From positions 819 to 64,818 of the IMG/VR virus record IMGVR_UViG_3300043775_000860: a stretch of DNA of 64,000 nt; one strand, written 5' to 3'. Origin of the DNA: a virus (Duplodnaviria; Caudoviricetes). A program made the translations under genes and the position numbers. Positions 16,123-27,360 of the stretch are shown here, piece after piece (position 1 is the stretch's first letter; every line of letters begins with the position of its first letter). The notes beneath the pieces are model-generated. The model was not told the origin of the DNA. It searched no databases and saw only the letters and a list, made by a program, of their open reading frames with translations.

Positions 16123-19100
16123 ATGGCACGGATAAGTACATACGCAATAATATCTACTCCTACACTGAACGATTTGTTAATCGGAACAGATGTAGAAGAC
16201 TTAAATAATACTAGAAACTTTTCCCTTGCTGATATAGGAACGCTCATAGGACAATTCTATGTTCCTTATGTCGGCGCTACGGGTAATGTAAATCTAGGTG
16301 CATACAGCATACAAGCTTCTGCTTTTATTGTTCCGGGAGGTCTTTCTTCACAGTTTGTTAAGGCTGATGGAACGCTTGACTCAACGGCTTATACGCCTCA
16401 GTCACGCACACTTACTATTAATGGTGTAACCTATAACCTTTCACAAGACAGGACTTGGAACCTTGGTACTATAGATACCTTGACAACAAATGGCACGGGT
16501 GGTGCTGCAACTTATTCGGCAGGTGTTCTTAATATACCTATCTATCAGTCTCAAGGTAACTACATAACACAGCTTTCGGGTGAGGCTACTGCTTCAGGTC
16601 CGGGAAATGCTACTGTTACCTTAAGCAATAGCGCTGTAATCAACAAAATATTAACCGGGCTCAACATTACCGGCGGTAATGTGGTGGCTACAGACAGTAT
16701 ACTAGAGGCGTTTGGTAAGGTTCAGAACCAAATCAACGGTCTAATTGGAGGTGTTCAGTACCAAGGCACATGGAATGCGGCTACAAATAATCCTTTCTTA
16801 CAGAGTTCAGTAGGTGTTCAAGGTCATTACTACGTTGTAAACGTGGCAGGTAACACCAACCTTAATGGTATTACCTCTTGGAACGTGGGTGATTGGGCCA
16901 TCTATGATGGTACAGCGTGGAATAAGGTTGACAATACTGATGCGGTAGTAAGTGTAAATGGGTATACGGGTGCTGTTGACCTTACGTATAGTGATGTTGA
17001 TGCGGCGGCGGCTGCGCTTGTGCTTACAATCAATGGTATAGGGTATGATTTGAGTACGAATAGGTCATGGACCGTAGGTGATGTTAGAACCGACAGTACT
17101 TATTACAATCCAACGTGGATAACAGCACTAGCTTGGAGCAAAATTATTAATACACCCACTACTCTTGCAGGGTATGGGATAACTGACGCTGTTTCTGATA
17201 GCAGAACGCTGTCCATTAATGGCGTTGGTTATGATTTATCTCAGGATAGGTCATGGTCAGTTGGTACAATTACTTCTATTTCGACAATTTCCCCACTTAC
17301 GGGGGGTACGATTACGAGTTCGGGGTCGATAGGTATCACCCAATCGGGCTCTGTAATGGACGGATACCTCAGTGCAGCTGATTGGAACACTTTTGATGCG
17401 AAGCAAGATGCACTTGTTCCGGTTGGGCCCATTACTTTGGTGGGGGTAAACATAGGTATAACTCAATCAGGCCCATCTTCTGACGGTTACTTGAGCAGTT
17501 CTGATTGGAATACATTCAATGACAAGCAGGACCCTATTACAAATCCTGTTACCGGTACGGGAACTCCTTACACAATCCCAATGTGGAGTTCTGTCAACAC
17601 AATTAGCGACAGTAACTTGTCTTATGCTTCTGATACTTTTACTTTCGAGTACAATAGTATTACAGGGGCTTCTGTTGTGTTTACAAACATAGGCAGTTTC
17701 CCATATACCTACTCTATACAAATGAATAACTTCGGTTCGCCGAGGGCAACTATTCATGAGTATAGCGATGGTGAGATAATTCAAACCATATCAGGTGTTC
17801 AAGTATCAAAGATATTCCCTGATGGTACTACTATAATAGGCACTAGCATAACAACCAATGGTTCTCTTCTTCAAGTTTATGGAGACCTATTTGTTGATGT
17901 TATAACAAACGCAGTTACTGACACAGATAAGTTTTTAGTATCTGATTCGGGTGTTGTTAAGTACAGGACAGGAAGTGAAGTGCTTAGTGATATTGGAGCT
18001 GTACCGACAACAAGAGAACTTACTATAAACGGTGTCTCATACGACCTTTCTGCGAATAGAACGTGGTCTGTAGGTACAGTTACCTCTGTAGACATGAGCG
18101 TTCCTACAGGATTTTCTATTGGAGGCAACCCGGTTACAGGAGCAGGCACTCTTGCTCTTTCGTTTAGCGCAGGTTATTCTCTTCCCACAGATGCAGTTCA
18201 ATCAACTTGGACGACTGCATACAACAGGAGTTTGACTTCTGCGGCAGTTACAGGAACGACTACAAAAACATTGACTCTAAATCAGCAGGATGGTGGAACC
18301 ATTACTGCTACTTGGAGTGATTTCGATACCGCCCCGGTTACAAGTGTGTTCGGAAGGACAGGGGCTATCATAGCTCAGTCAGGTGATTACACTACGACCC
18401 TTGTTACCGAGGGCACTAATTTATATTATCTTGATTCAAGGGCAAGAGCAGCAGTAAGCCTTACTACGCTTGGCAATAGTGGACCTGCTACTTATAGCAG
18501 TCTTACGGGTATATTCAATATCCCTGAATACACCATAGGTGGTTTGGGTGGAGTACCAACATCAAGGACACTGACAATAAACGGCACTTCATATGACTTG
18601 AGTGCAGATAGGTCTTGGTCAGTTGGTACTGTAACGAGCGTAGATATGAGTGTACCCACCGGGTTTGCTATAGGCGGCAATCCTGTGACATCAAGTGGTA
18701 CGCTTGCTTTGAGTTTTGCTTCCGGATACAGCCTTCCAACGAATGCCATTCAAGCTACTTGGACTACGGCGTACAATGATTCAATTGTTTCTGCTTCTGT
18801 AGCAGGAACTTCAACCAAGACACTTACTCTGAACCAACAAGATGGAGGAACAATTCAAGCATCTTGGAGTGATGCAGACACCGGACTGACTTCGGTTGGA
18901 TTGTCAATGCCTGCAGCGTTTTTGGTGTCAAACACTCCATTGACTAGCAATGGTGTTATAGCTGTTACGGGGGCAGGTACAGCCTCTCAATATGTAAGGG
19001 GTGATGGTCAGTTGGCGAACTTCCCTAGCAGTGGTGGTGGTGGTTCTTCGGTTAACTACTACTTAAATGGTAGTGTAAATCAAGGGTCTTTTGGTGGTAC

Positions 19101-20121
19101 TACGTACTATCAGATGAGCAAAACTCCTATTATTGGCGCAGGAACTGATTTTACAAGGACTTCAGCGCAGGGTAATGGATATGTTGCATCGTTTATAACT
19201 GATGCAGGAGACCCTTCTCTTTTGAATATACCGGCAGGTAATTGGAACTTGGAGTTTTATTTCTCTGCAAGTAGTGGTGGTGGCGCTCCTCAGTTTTATG
19301 CTGAGTTATATAAGGTTGACCAATCTAATAACTTTACTCTTATTGCAAGTGGCTCAACTGCTCCTGAAACAATTACAGGTGGAACGAATATAGACCAATA
19401 TTTTACATCAATACCTGTTCCTCAAACAACATTGCTTGCAACAGATAGGTTGGCAATTCGTGTATACGTAATACCTGACGGTAGAAACATAACCTTGCAT
19501 ACTGAGAACAGTCACCTTTGTGAGGTACTGACAACGTTCTCAACAGGACTCAACTCCCTTAACGGACTGTCTGCTCAAGTTCAATACTTCGCAACGGGTA
19601 CTAGTGGGATGGACTTCAATATTGACTCAGCCGGTAATACCCATACGTTCAACCTACCTACGGCTTCTTCTGTTAACAGGGGTGCTTTGAGTTCAACTGA
19701 TTGGGTGTTGTTTAACAACAAGCAGAATGCCATTACATTGACAACAACGGGAACTTCGGGCGCAGCTACGTTTGTGGGTAACGTGCTGAACATTCCTATT
19801 TATCAGTCAGTTTTAACTAATCCTATTACAGGTACGGGTACATCAGGTTATTTGTCTAAATTTACAGGAGCAACATCTATTGGAAACAGTTTGTTTTTTG
19901 AGAATGGGTCAGCCATTGGATTGGCAACAACAAGCATTGATGCTTCTGCGTTGTTTCAAATGGATAGCACTTCAAAAGGCTTTTTGACTCCAAGGATGAC
20001 ACAGGCTCAGAGAACGGCAATAGGTAGTCCTGCTGAGGGTCTTATAGTTTATCAGACAAATGGGGTAATTGGTTTGTATATTTACGCTAATTCAGTTTGG
20101 CGCTCACTAACAATGGTATAA
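16123..20121 (+). CDS. tail fibre protein 1 (1332 aa, internal repeats)
   Basis: Thr/Gly/Ser-rich; five TINGxxYxLSxxRxWxxG repeats; VTSVFGRTG and PTTLAGYGITDA fibre motifs. Confidence 0.8.
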   Translation: MARISTYAIISTPTLNDLLIGTDVEDLNNTRNFSLADIGTLIGQFYVPYVGATGNVNLGAYSIQASAFIVPGGLSSQFVKADGTLDSTAYTPQSRTLTINGVTYNLSQDRTWNLGTIDTLTTNGTGGAATYSAGVLNIPIYQSQGNYITQLSGEATASGPGNATVTLSNSAVINKILTGLNITGGNVVATDSILEAFGKVQNQINGLIGGVQYQGTWNAATNNPFLQSSVGVQGHYYVVNVAGNTNLNGITSWNVGDWAIYDGTAWNKVDNTDAVVSVNGYTGAVDLTYSDVDAAAAALVLTINGIGYDLSTNRSWTVGDVRTDSTYYNPTWITALAWSKIINTPTTLAGYGITDAVSDSRTLSINGVGYDLSQDRSWSVGTITSISTISPLTGGTITSSGSIGITQSGSVMDGYLSAADWNTFDAKQDALVPVGPITLVGVNIGITQSGPSSDGYLSSSDWNTFNDKQDPITNPVTGTGTPYTIPMWSSVNTISDSNLSYASDTFTFEYNSITGASVVFTNIGSFPYTYSIQMNNFGSPRATIHEYSDGEIIQTISGVQVSKIFPDGTTIIGTSITTNGSLLQVYGDLFVDVITNAVTDTDKFLVSDSGVVKYRTGSEVLSDIGAVPTTRELTINGVSYDLSANRTWSVGTVTSVDMSVPTGFSIGGNPVTGAGTLALSFSAGYSLPTDAVQSTWTTAYNRSLTSAAVTGTTTKTLTLNQQDGGTITATWSDFDTAPVTSVFGRTGAIIAQSGDYTTTLVTEGTNLYYLDSRARAAVSLTTLGNSGPATYSSLTGIFNIPEYTIGGLGGVPTSRTLTINGTSYDLSADRSWSVGTVTSVDMSVPTGFAIGGNPVTSSGTLALSFASGYSLPTNAIQATWTTAYNDSIVSASVAGTSTKTLTLNQQDGGTIQASWSDADTGLTSVGLSMPAAFLVSNTPLTSNGVIAVTGAGTASQYVRGDGQLANFPSSGGGGSSVNYYLNGSVNQGSFGGTTYYQMSKTPIIGAGTDFTRTSAQGNGYVASFITDAGDPSLLNIPAGNWNLEFYFSASSGGGAPQFYAELYKVDQSNNFTLIASGSTAPETITGGTNIDQYFTSIPVPQTTLLATDRLAIRVYVIPDGRNITLHTENSHLCEVLTTFSTGLNSLNGLSAQVQYFATGTSGMDFNIDSAGNTHTFNLPTASSVNRGALSSTDWVLFNNKQNAITLTTTGTSGAATFVGNVLNIPIYQSVLTNPITGTGTSGYLSKFTGATSIGNSLFFENGSAIGLATTSIDASALFQMDSTSKGFLTPRMTQAQRTAIGSPAEGLIVYQTNGVIGLYIYANSVWRSLTMV

Positions 20122-20124
20122 GAT

Positions 20125-23100
20125 ATGTCGAATTTAGCTACGATAGTAAACAACATATTAGCAGATAGTGGAATTGACGATTTAAACGTAGTTGTCACTA
20201 CCGGTTCGTATAATAATCCTGCTTGGATTACGGCATTGTCATGGTCAAAAATTACCGGAACGCCAACAACTTTGGCAGGATACGGGATAACTGATGCTTA
20301 TACCAAAACAGAAGTAAACAACATTGTAGCAAACTACCTTCCTTTGTCAGGTGGTACAATGACAGGTACAATTAATTCAAACGTATCTTATTTGTCATTT
20401 GTTTCTCAAAGTAATGGAACTAGTGCTGCTTGGAGAGGAATAATTGCTACAAAAAATTCATCTGCCGATATATCAACATTTATAGGAAACTATACCGGTA
20501 GGGGTGGCGTTTTTGGTCATACCAATGCTTTAGATGGATGGAATAATTTATGGGTAAATACACTTGGAATTTATGGACAAGGAAATGTTTATTTATCTTG
20601 GTTTACTTACGTAAAAGGAAATGGTACTGATACGGAGTATCCAATATTACACTCAGGAAACTATACTAACTACGCTGTACAAACAACAACTCAATCTAAT
20701 TGGAATAGCTATAACGTAATTGCTAATGTTGTTGGTCTATTAGCTTGGAAGAACTATGGTAGCAACCATGTTATTTTCGATGCTTCAGCAAGTACGTCTC
20801 CTAGCGGTACTTCAATAAGTAACACTGACAGTCAATATGCATGGGCTCCGGCTTATCCAACTTTAATGGGGTGGAATGGTGGTCAGACTTACGGCGTTCG
20901 TGTCGACCGTGCTCGATTGGCAGATAATGCTGATACCGTAGACGGATTTCATGCGACAAACGCTGCAGGCGGTCTTGCATACTATGCGTCTAATGGATAC
21001 CTGTACGCTCCTGCTTGGATAAATGTAGACAATGGAGGTATATTCTCAGGAACCAATAGCGCACACTTTAGACCTAACCCTAATACATATGGTCCATGGT
21101 TAATTTCGGGTTCTCGTAATAACTATTCAGGACTTGAATTTGATAGTTTGGTAAATGGGAATGTAGCCTTATCTATTTCAACAAGTTCAAACATTACAGG
21201 TTTCTATAATACATCGTATGGTTGGCAGTTCTTTTGGAACGGAGGAACAATGTATGTATATAAAAACTCATACGGAGGAGGTGCACAAGCAACTGTTCTA
21301 GACTCTACAAACTTCAACACTTGGGCAGCAGCACTTAATGGTAATACAGGACAGTCGTTTGGAGTTTTTGAATTGACTTATGCACAAACTCAATTTAATC
21401 CTTCATTAGCTCCAAGAACAGGTCTCAATCCTATGTCTATTAAGATGTGGGATAACTACTTTGCAGGCATAGGATTAGGTTCTGACTATGGAACTGTTTT
21501 AGATTATTATGGTAGAAGTGGTCATGTAAACACACAAGTGTATTTTGATGCAAGTGGGGGTAGTTGGTACAGAACTGCATCTTATGCGGCAGGATGGCAA
21601 GGTTGGCAGAAGTACGTTACTGAGAACGGCGCTACATGGAACATTAGCATTTCAGGTGGTTCTGCAACATCTCTTTTATTAACATCAAGTGGGTCATATT
21701 TAACACAATATGGCAGTGGGACGGTTGGATATGTTTATGCTTTAGCTTCAAATTTATCAGGCTTATTCCCGGCTTCAGATAACTCAAATTCTATTATTAC
21801 AGTTAATAGACATCCGGGTGATTATTACAGTCAGTTAGGATTTAGTTCTAACGGAGAGATTTACTACAGAAGATTTTCTGCTACTGTAATTAATACAACT
21901 CTACCTTGGGTAACACTTCTTACAAGCAATAACTATAACTCATACGCTCCAACATTAACAGGAGGAGGTGCTAGTGGAACGTGGAATATCAGCATTACAG
22001 GTTCTTCGGGAAGCGTTTCATTTAACAACTTAACAGATAAGACAGGAGGAACAGGAACTTATCAAACAAGTGGTGACTTCCGTGCTCCTGTGTTCTATGA
22101 TTCAGATGATACTAGTTATTATCTTAATCCAAATGGCGGTTCTGTACTTTACTACCTTCAGTTGAACGCTGCAGAGTCAATGGGATTATATGGTATTCGT
22201 GGTAGATTTACTAACGAGTATATTCACTTATATAACAAAGTTGGTATAGGAAATCCAAGCGGATGGGGGTCAGGTGAAACGGCTACTCCATTATTTGGTT
22301 TCTCTACATGGGGAGGGAACAATTTTGCTTATGGTAATGGTGCGCTTTCTACTTTTAATGGTCAGGTAAATATAAAGGGTAGCAGCATGTACGTGTCTGC
22401 TAGCCAATTGCACATAGGTCAGCAATCTGCAGGTACTGCTCAAATGAGTTTTGAAAGTTGGGGAGCGTACACAGGTGCAATTGCAATGAATTCTGCAGGA
22501 GCATTTACTTTTGGAGGTCAAGGTGCATCTAGTTGGAATTGGAAAACGTATTGTACATACAATGGCGACTATACCACATCAGGTAATACTGTTTTATCAT
22601 TAAGTAGTGGAGGTTCTTTAGTTGCTGTTGGAGATATGCGTTCTCCTATATTCTATGACTCAAGTGACACTAGTTATTATTTAGACCCTAACAGCACTTC
22701 AAATCTATACACCGTAAATGCTGTAAATTTTAGAGCTAGTAACGCAGTATACTTTGGTGGAGGCAATAATTATTTTACATGGAATGGTTCAGCAATAGCA
22801 TCAGACTCTGTTGTTGTTTCAAATGTGAGCATGCGTGCTCCAATTTTCTATGACTCCAATGACACTACTTATTACGTAGACCCTAATGCAACGTCAAATA
22901 TATATAAGATTAGGATAGGTAATAGTAATGAGATTCCGGGTCTAATTGGAATGGGAGCCGGATATTTGTATGGCATGGGCATTAGCAATGCATATACCGC
23001 AGTGCATGCTCATCCATCAGCAAATGGTGTTGCTCTTGGTTCTTTTGACGGAACAACGTTTACGTCAAAGTTCTATGTGAATCATGATGGGAATGCTTAT

Positions 23101-25794
23101 GCGATTACGGGAATGTATGCTCCGATATTTTATGACTCTCAAAACACAGCATACTATCTTGACCCTAGTAACTTTTCTAATTTATATTCAGCCAACTTTG
23201 CTAGCACTGTAAACTTTGCATCAGCTACAAATTGGTTTGGAGGATATGGTCCGGGTTCAGGTCCGGGAATAGGATTAGAGAATCAAGGTACTTTTGCTCG
23301 TTTTGCATTTTGGGGACTTGACTTCTACGATTGGAACGATGGTATAATGATGACCATTAACAATGGATATGTTAGTGCTACAAGTTCTTTCCGTGCTCCA
23401 ATATTTTATGACTCTCAGAATACTGATTATTATATAGACCCTAATTTAAATTCCAATCTTTGGAATTTAAGGTTATTAAATGGTAAGTGGTACACAGTAA
23501 ACAACGAAAGTGGGAACTCAGTTGATATTTATGTAAGACCTAATGGGGATAATACATACGTTTGGAGACATATATATGGAGGTAGCAGTACAGGATATGG
23601 TGTAGGTGCAGGTGGTTATGGTATATATAACCAAACTTTAGGTGGCGACTATAGTGCTATTTTTAGTTCATCAGGATTTGTAACATTCCCTTACTCGGTT
23701 AGGTCTCCAATATTTTATGATTCTGCAAATACTAATTATTATTTAGACCCTAATGGAGCTTCTGTATTAGATAGTGTTACGACAATTGGTAGGATATATT
23801 CTAACGAGTGGATTCAATTCAGTAACTATACAGGTCTTTATTCTCCAAATAACGGAGCGCATTTCCGTCCTAATACCGGTTCTTATGGACCATGGTTAAT
23901 TACAGGAACTCGTAATGGTTGGTCAGGAATTGAGTTTGAGAGTTTGGCTAATGGTAATGTTAGCATGATGATTGGCGCTAATTCAAATGAAACAGGATTT
24001 CATAATAATAGTTATGGATGGCAGTTTCGTTGGACTACCGGAACAATGTATGTATTTAAGGGTACATATGGAGGTGGAACTCAAGCTACAGTATGGGATA
24101 GTGTCAATGCACCTATATCAGTTTCAGCTACTCCTAACACATTAGCCTTAAGAAGTGGGGATGGTGATATTGCTGTAAGAGAACTTACGATGACTGTTGG
24201 TGTTCAAAGTTTTACACCATCTTCAATGGTGGGTATATATCCAACAACAAATCAAGCTGTAAAAGTAACAGCTTCAGGAACAAGAGATTTTTTAAATGTT
24301 CCTACTAGAACAGGTGGTGATGCTTCGGGAACTTGGAATATTAGTATATATGGAAGTGCAGCTACTGCAACATCATTAACACCAAACTATGCAGGTGATA
24401 GATATACCAATCCTCAAGTGTATTTCAATAATACAATTGGCCTAAAGGTTGCAATGACAGGAATGCCATACTATTGGTGTGACACATTGTGGATTAATGG
24501 ATATTCAGGTGGTGATGTTCTAAGCATGTGCGCATTGCATACATCTAGAGATGGATATCCTAGAATGTGGATTACTTCTCAAAATTCTACCGCTACTAGC
24601 TATGGAACTTTCTATCAGTTTTTGACGGAATTTAATTATTTAGATTATGCCGTTAGGACCACAAATCAGTCAAATTGGAATAGTTACAGTGTTATTGCTA
24701 ATGTAGTAGGATTGTTGGCATGGAAGAATTATGGTAATAGTCACGTTATATTTGATGCTTCAGCAACTACTTCTCCAAGTGGAGGTTCAATAAATAGAGT
24801 TGATGCTCAAAATGCATGGGCAGAATCATATCCAACTCTTATGGGTTGGAATGGAAGTCAGACTTATGGTGTACGTGTAGACAGTTCTCGTTATGCAAAT
24901 ATTGCTGACACTTTAGATGGATACCATGAGTATGCATTCATGAGGTATTATGGGTATTCAACTAGTGGTAACTTCCAAACATTCCAAGCTACACCGGGAA
25001 GACTTAGGTTTGACCAAGTTGGTGATATTGGTAGTGGCGCATGGTCAAATGCTCCAACAGGCATTTATACTTACGGAGGTGTTCTGAGTTATAGAGGAGA
25101 CAGTTTTGGTCTTCAAATATATGCTTCTCACACAGGAGGAATGGTGTATAAGACTCAGTGGAATGACGACCAATATTCAGGATGGCAAAGAATTCTTGAT
25201 ACTCAGAACTATACATCATATGCCGCTCCAAATGGAGGTGTGCTTACCAATATATTTTATTTCCAAAGTAATCTTGGTTCGTATTGCGGTTCATTGTCTA
25301 ACCCACCATTACAAGTATACTCAACAGGCAATAACTCAGCGTTTTTTTCCTTTCATAAATCAGGAGTATATGCTGTAAATATGGGACTTGATGCAGACAA
25401 CGTACTTCGTATTGGAGGATGGAGTGCTGCAGCAGATAGATGGGTGCTTGATATGAATGGCAATAATACTGTTGCAGGAAATATGACGGCAGTAGCTTTC
25501 TTTGAATCATCAGATAAAAGACTTAAAAAGATTGTTGACGAAAACTATCGACTTGAGTCAATCACCTCAATAAAGCCTAAGTTCTATGAAAAGAACGGAA
25601 GGCTTGAGGCAGGATATATTGCTCAGGAAGTTCAAGAGATTTACGCACACGCTGTCCAAGAAGGAGTAGAAGGATACTTGAACCTTTCATATGGGCAGGT
25701 GCATACGCTTAAGATAGCAAACCTTGAGGATTCTGTTGATGAAATCAAGAAGAAAATCAAGGAATTAGAAGAAAAACTAAACTCTTTATATTAA
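20125..25794 (+). CDS. tail fibre protein 2 (1889 aa) with C-terminal intramolecular chaperone (peptidase S74-like)
   Basis: Six P(I/V)FYDSxxTxYYxxP repeats; C-terminal SDKRLKK...GYIAQEV...coiled coil. Confidence 0.85.
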   Translation: MSNLATIVNNILADSGIDDLNVVVTTGSYNNPAWITALSWSKITGTPTTLAGYGITDAYTKTEVNNIVANYLPLSGGTMTGTINSNVSYLSFVSQSNGTSAAWRGIIATKNSSADISTFIGNYTGRGGVFGHTNALDGWNNLWVNTLGIYGQGNVYLSWFTYVKGNGTDTEYPILHSGNYTNYAVQTTTQSNWNSYNVIANVVGLLAWKNYGSNHVIFDASASTSPSGTSISNTDSQYAWAPAYPTLMGWNGGQTYGVRVDRARLADNADTVDGFHATNAAGGLAYYASNGYLYAPAWINVDNGGIFSGTNSAHFRPNPNTYGPWLISGSRNNYSGLEFDSLVNGNVALSISTSSNITGFYNTSYGWQFFWNGGTMYVYKNSYGGGAQATVLDSTNFNTWAAALNGNTGQSFGVFELTYAQTQFNPSLAPRTGLNPMSIKMWDNYFAGIGLGSDYGTVLDYYGRSGHVNTQVYFDASGGSWYRTASYAAGWQGWQKYVTENGATWNISISGGSATSLLLTSSGSYLTQYGSGTVGYVYALASNLSGLFPASDNSNSIITVNRHPGDYYSQLGFSSNGEIYYRRFSATVINTTLPWVTLLTSNNYNSYAPTLTGGGASGTWNISITGSSGSVSFNNLTDKTGGTGTYQTSGDFRAPVFYDSDDTSYYLNPNGGSVLYYLQLNAAESMGLYGIRGRFTNEYIHLYNKVGIGNPSGWGSGETATPLFGFSTWGGNNFAYGNGALSTFNGQVNIKGSSMYVSASQLHIGQQSAGTAQMSFESWGAYTGAIAMNSAGAFTFGGQGASSWNWKTYCTYNGDYTTSGNTVLSLSSGGSLVAVGDMRSPIFYDSSDTSYYLDPNSTSNLYTVNAVNFRASNAVYFGGGNNYFTWNGSAIASDSVVVSNVSMRAPIFYDSNDTTYYVDPNATSNIYKIRIGNSNEIPGLIGMGAGYLYGMGISNAYTAVHAHPSANGVALGSFDGTTFTSKFYVNHDGNAYAITGMYAPIFYDSQNTAYYLDPSNFSNLYSANFASTVNFASATNWFGGYGPGSGPGIGLENQGTFARFAFWGLDFYDWNDGIMMTINNGYVSATSSFRAPIFYDSQNTDYYIDPNLNSNLWNLRLLNGKWYTVNNESGNSVDIYVRPNGDNTYVWRHIYGGSSTGYGVGAGGYGIYNQTLGGDYSAIFSSSGFVTFPYSVRSPIFYDSANTNYYLDPNGASVLDSVTTIGRIYSNEWIQFSNYTGLYSPNNGAHFRPNTGSYGPWLITGTRNGWSGIEFESLANGNVSMMIGANSNETGFHNNSYGWQFRWTTGTMYVFKGTYGGGTQATVWDSVNAPISVSATPNTLALRSGDGDIAVRELTMTVGVQSFTPSSMVGIYPTTNQAVKVTASGTRDFLNVPTRTGGDASGTWNISIYGSAATATSLTPNYAGDRYTNPQVYFNNTIGLKVAMTGMPYYWCDTLWINGYSGGDVLSMCALHTSRDGYPRMWITSQNSTATSYGTFYQFLTEFNYLDYAVRTTNQSNWNSYSVIANVVGLLAWKNYGNSHVIFDASATTSPSGGSINRVDAQNAWAESYPTLMGWNGSQTYGVRVDSSRYANIADTLDGYHEYAFMRYYGYSTSGNFQTFQATPGRLRFDQVGDIGSGAWSNAPTGIYTYGGVLSYRGDSFGLQIYASHTGGMVYKTQWNDDQYSGWQRILDTQNYTSYAAPNGGVLTNIFYFQSNLGSYCGSLSNPPLQVYSTGNNSAFFSFHKSGVYAVNMGLDADNVLRIGGWSAAADRWVLDMNGNNTVAGNMTAVAFFESSDKRLKKIVDENYRLESITSIKPKFYEKNGRLEAGYIAQEVQEIYAHAVQEGVEGYLNLSYGQVHTLKIANLEDSVDEIKKKIKELEEKLNSLY

Positions 25795-25811
25795 TTTTAA
25801 ACAAAAACAAA

Positions 25812-26126
25812 ATGAAAACAATTCAACCCGTAACGGTATGGTACAATGGACAAGAAATTCAAGCAACAGTTCTTGGAGCATTCGTTCAAAATGACAACCT
25901 GTTAAACTCAGCAACGTTTCAATATCAACTTTTGCAACAAATAGCAAGCACAGGTGGGTATTCATACACCCAAGTTGTAGCTACCAACTACCTGACCATG
26001 ACAGGTCAAGACTATCTTGATTGGGATACCAACGACTACGCTTACGCTTGGATTGCTGAGCAATTGAATCTTACCATCACCGGTGAGTATGTTCCTCCAA
26101 CCCCTGTTCCTCCCGTACAACCCTAA
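25812..26126 (+). CDS. tail-fibre-associated protein
   Basis: Follows fibre gene; AYAWIAEQLNLTI family motif. Confidence 0.6.
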   Translation: MKTIQPVTVWYNGQEIQATVLGAFVQNDNLLNSATFQYQLLQQIASTGGYSYTQVVATNYLTMTGQDYLDWDTNDYAYAWIAEQLNLTITGEYVPPTPVPPVQP

Positions 26127-26129
26127 CAT

Positions 26130-26846
26130 ATGTCTTGGGCAAGTATAGCAAATAATCAAACTGTATCATTCAACAACTTACAGGATGCCGTGAACAATGG
26201 CGTGTTCACGCTTAAAGCGGCTATTCCTGTAAGTCTTGAACAGATAACAAAATCTGATGCTAATACGCATGTTTACATTAATACGTCCTATGGACCATAT
26301 GCAAGCAAGGCGAGCAATCAGCTTGTGGTAAAAAGCAACCTTCAAGCTATTACCTATTTTTATCTTTCATATAGTACAGTTGGATTCAGTGCTGCTTGTT
26401 CTGCATACCCAACCACTAGCATTTATTATGCTTCATACGGAAGTACATTACAGAACGGAACTATTATCTATACAGATGCAGGGCTTACAAACCCTGCACC
26501 TGCAGGATATTATTCAGATGGAACTAACTCTTGGCAGATAACGAGTGGAGGATTAGCAGGAGCCTTTTATAACCAAACTCCTTGTACTCTTCCATGCGAG
26601 TGTTATGTTCTTTACAACAATGATAGTATAGATATTTCAATATCTTTCTACGAGTGTGGTGGAAGTACAATAAATCCTGAGTGCTTGACTTGTCCTGCAG
26701 CTTCTCAAATATACTTGTGTATACAGGGTGGCAGAGGAAGTGAATACACTGTAAGTTATGGCACAACATGTGGTGGTGGTCCAATTCCTGCCTACACGCT
26801 TACGGCCTTGGGTACAAACTGTACTACTTCGGGAGATTGTATATAA
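26130..26846 (+). CDS. Cys-rich virion-associated protein
   Basis: IYTDAGLT...GYYSDG module shared with 42967 and 43224; many Cys. Confidence 0.6.
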   Translation: MSWASIANNQTVSFNNLQDAVNNGVFTLKAAIPVSLEQITKSDANTHVYINTSYGPYASKASNQLVVKSNLQAITYFYLSYSTVGFSAACSAYPTTSIYYASYGSTLQNGTIIYTDAGLTNPAPAGYYSDGTNSWQITSGGLAGAFYNQTPCTLPCECYVLYNNDSIDISISFYECGGSTINPECLTCPAASQIYLCIQGGRGSEYTVSYGTTCGGGPIPAYTLTALGTNCTTSGDCI

Positions 26847-26864
26847 AATACTTAAATTTGTAAA

Positions 26865-27104
26865 ATGTCAACAATAAATTCATACTCTACAGACGGCAAT
26901 GTTACCTATAACGATAAGCTTATAGGTACAGATGCTGAGGACTCAAACAAAACCAAGAACTTTACGGTTGGTTCAATACTTGAACTTCCGTTGCCATCAG
27001 TCCCCGTGTATGCCAATAACGCTGCCGCATTGGCTGCAGGGTTGGTAGTCGGTAAGGTCTACCGCATCACGGGTACTGATTACTTGGGTGTGGTCCACAC
27101 ATAG
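26865..27104 (+). CDS. small structural protein, N-terminus similar to tail fibre 1
   Basis: NDKLIGTDAEDSNKTKNF vs NDLLIGTDVEDLNNTRNF in 16123. Confidence 0.65.
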   Translation: MSTINSYSTDGNVTYNDKLIGTDAEDSNKTKNFTVGSILELPLPSVPVYANNAAALAAGLVVGKVYRITGTDYLGVVHT

Positions 27105-27132
27105 TATCATAAATTAAATCAAATCTAATCAA

Positions 27133-27360
27133 ATGGACATAAGGAAAATATCGGTCGGACCTGACTACAAGGGTGGTGCTATGCACTACATTGTAGGGCA
27201 AAAGGTTTTGGGCGATACATACGAGATACACCTCATAAAGTTTGAGTCGCAAGTCGGCTCAATTAAGATTTATATTATAAACGAGAAACAAGAGGTTATC
27301 CTGTGGAAAGAGTTTAATTCCACAATTCCTTTGGCCATCGAATATAATATAAACTATTAA
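27133..27360 (+). CDS. hypothetical protein
   Basis: IRKISVGPDYKGGAMHYIVGQ...WKEFN. Confidence 0.65.
   Translation: MDIRKISVGPDYKGGAMHYIVGQKVLGDTYEIHLIKFESQVGSIKIYIINEKQEVILWKEFNSTIPLAIEYNINY

Noticed and set aside
20125-25794. Diversity-generating retroelement or shufflon acting on tail fibre repeats
   Set aside because: Duplicated blocks differ mostly at synonymous positions, not specifically at adenines; no reverse transcriptase or invertase in the window
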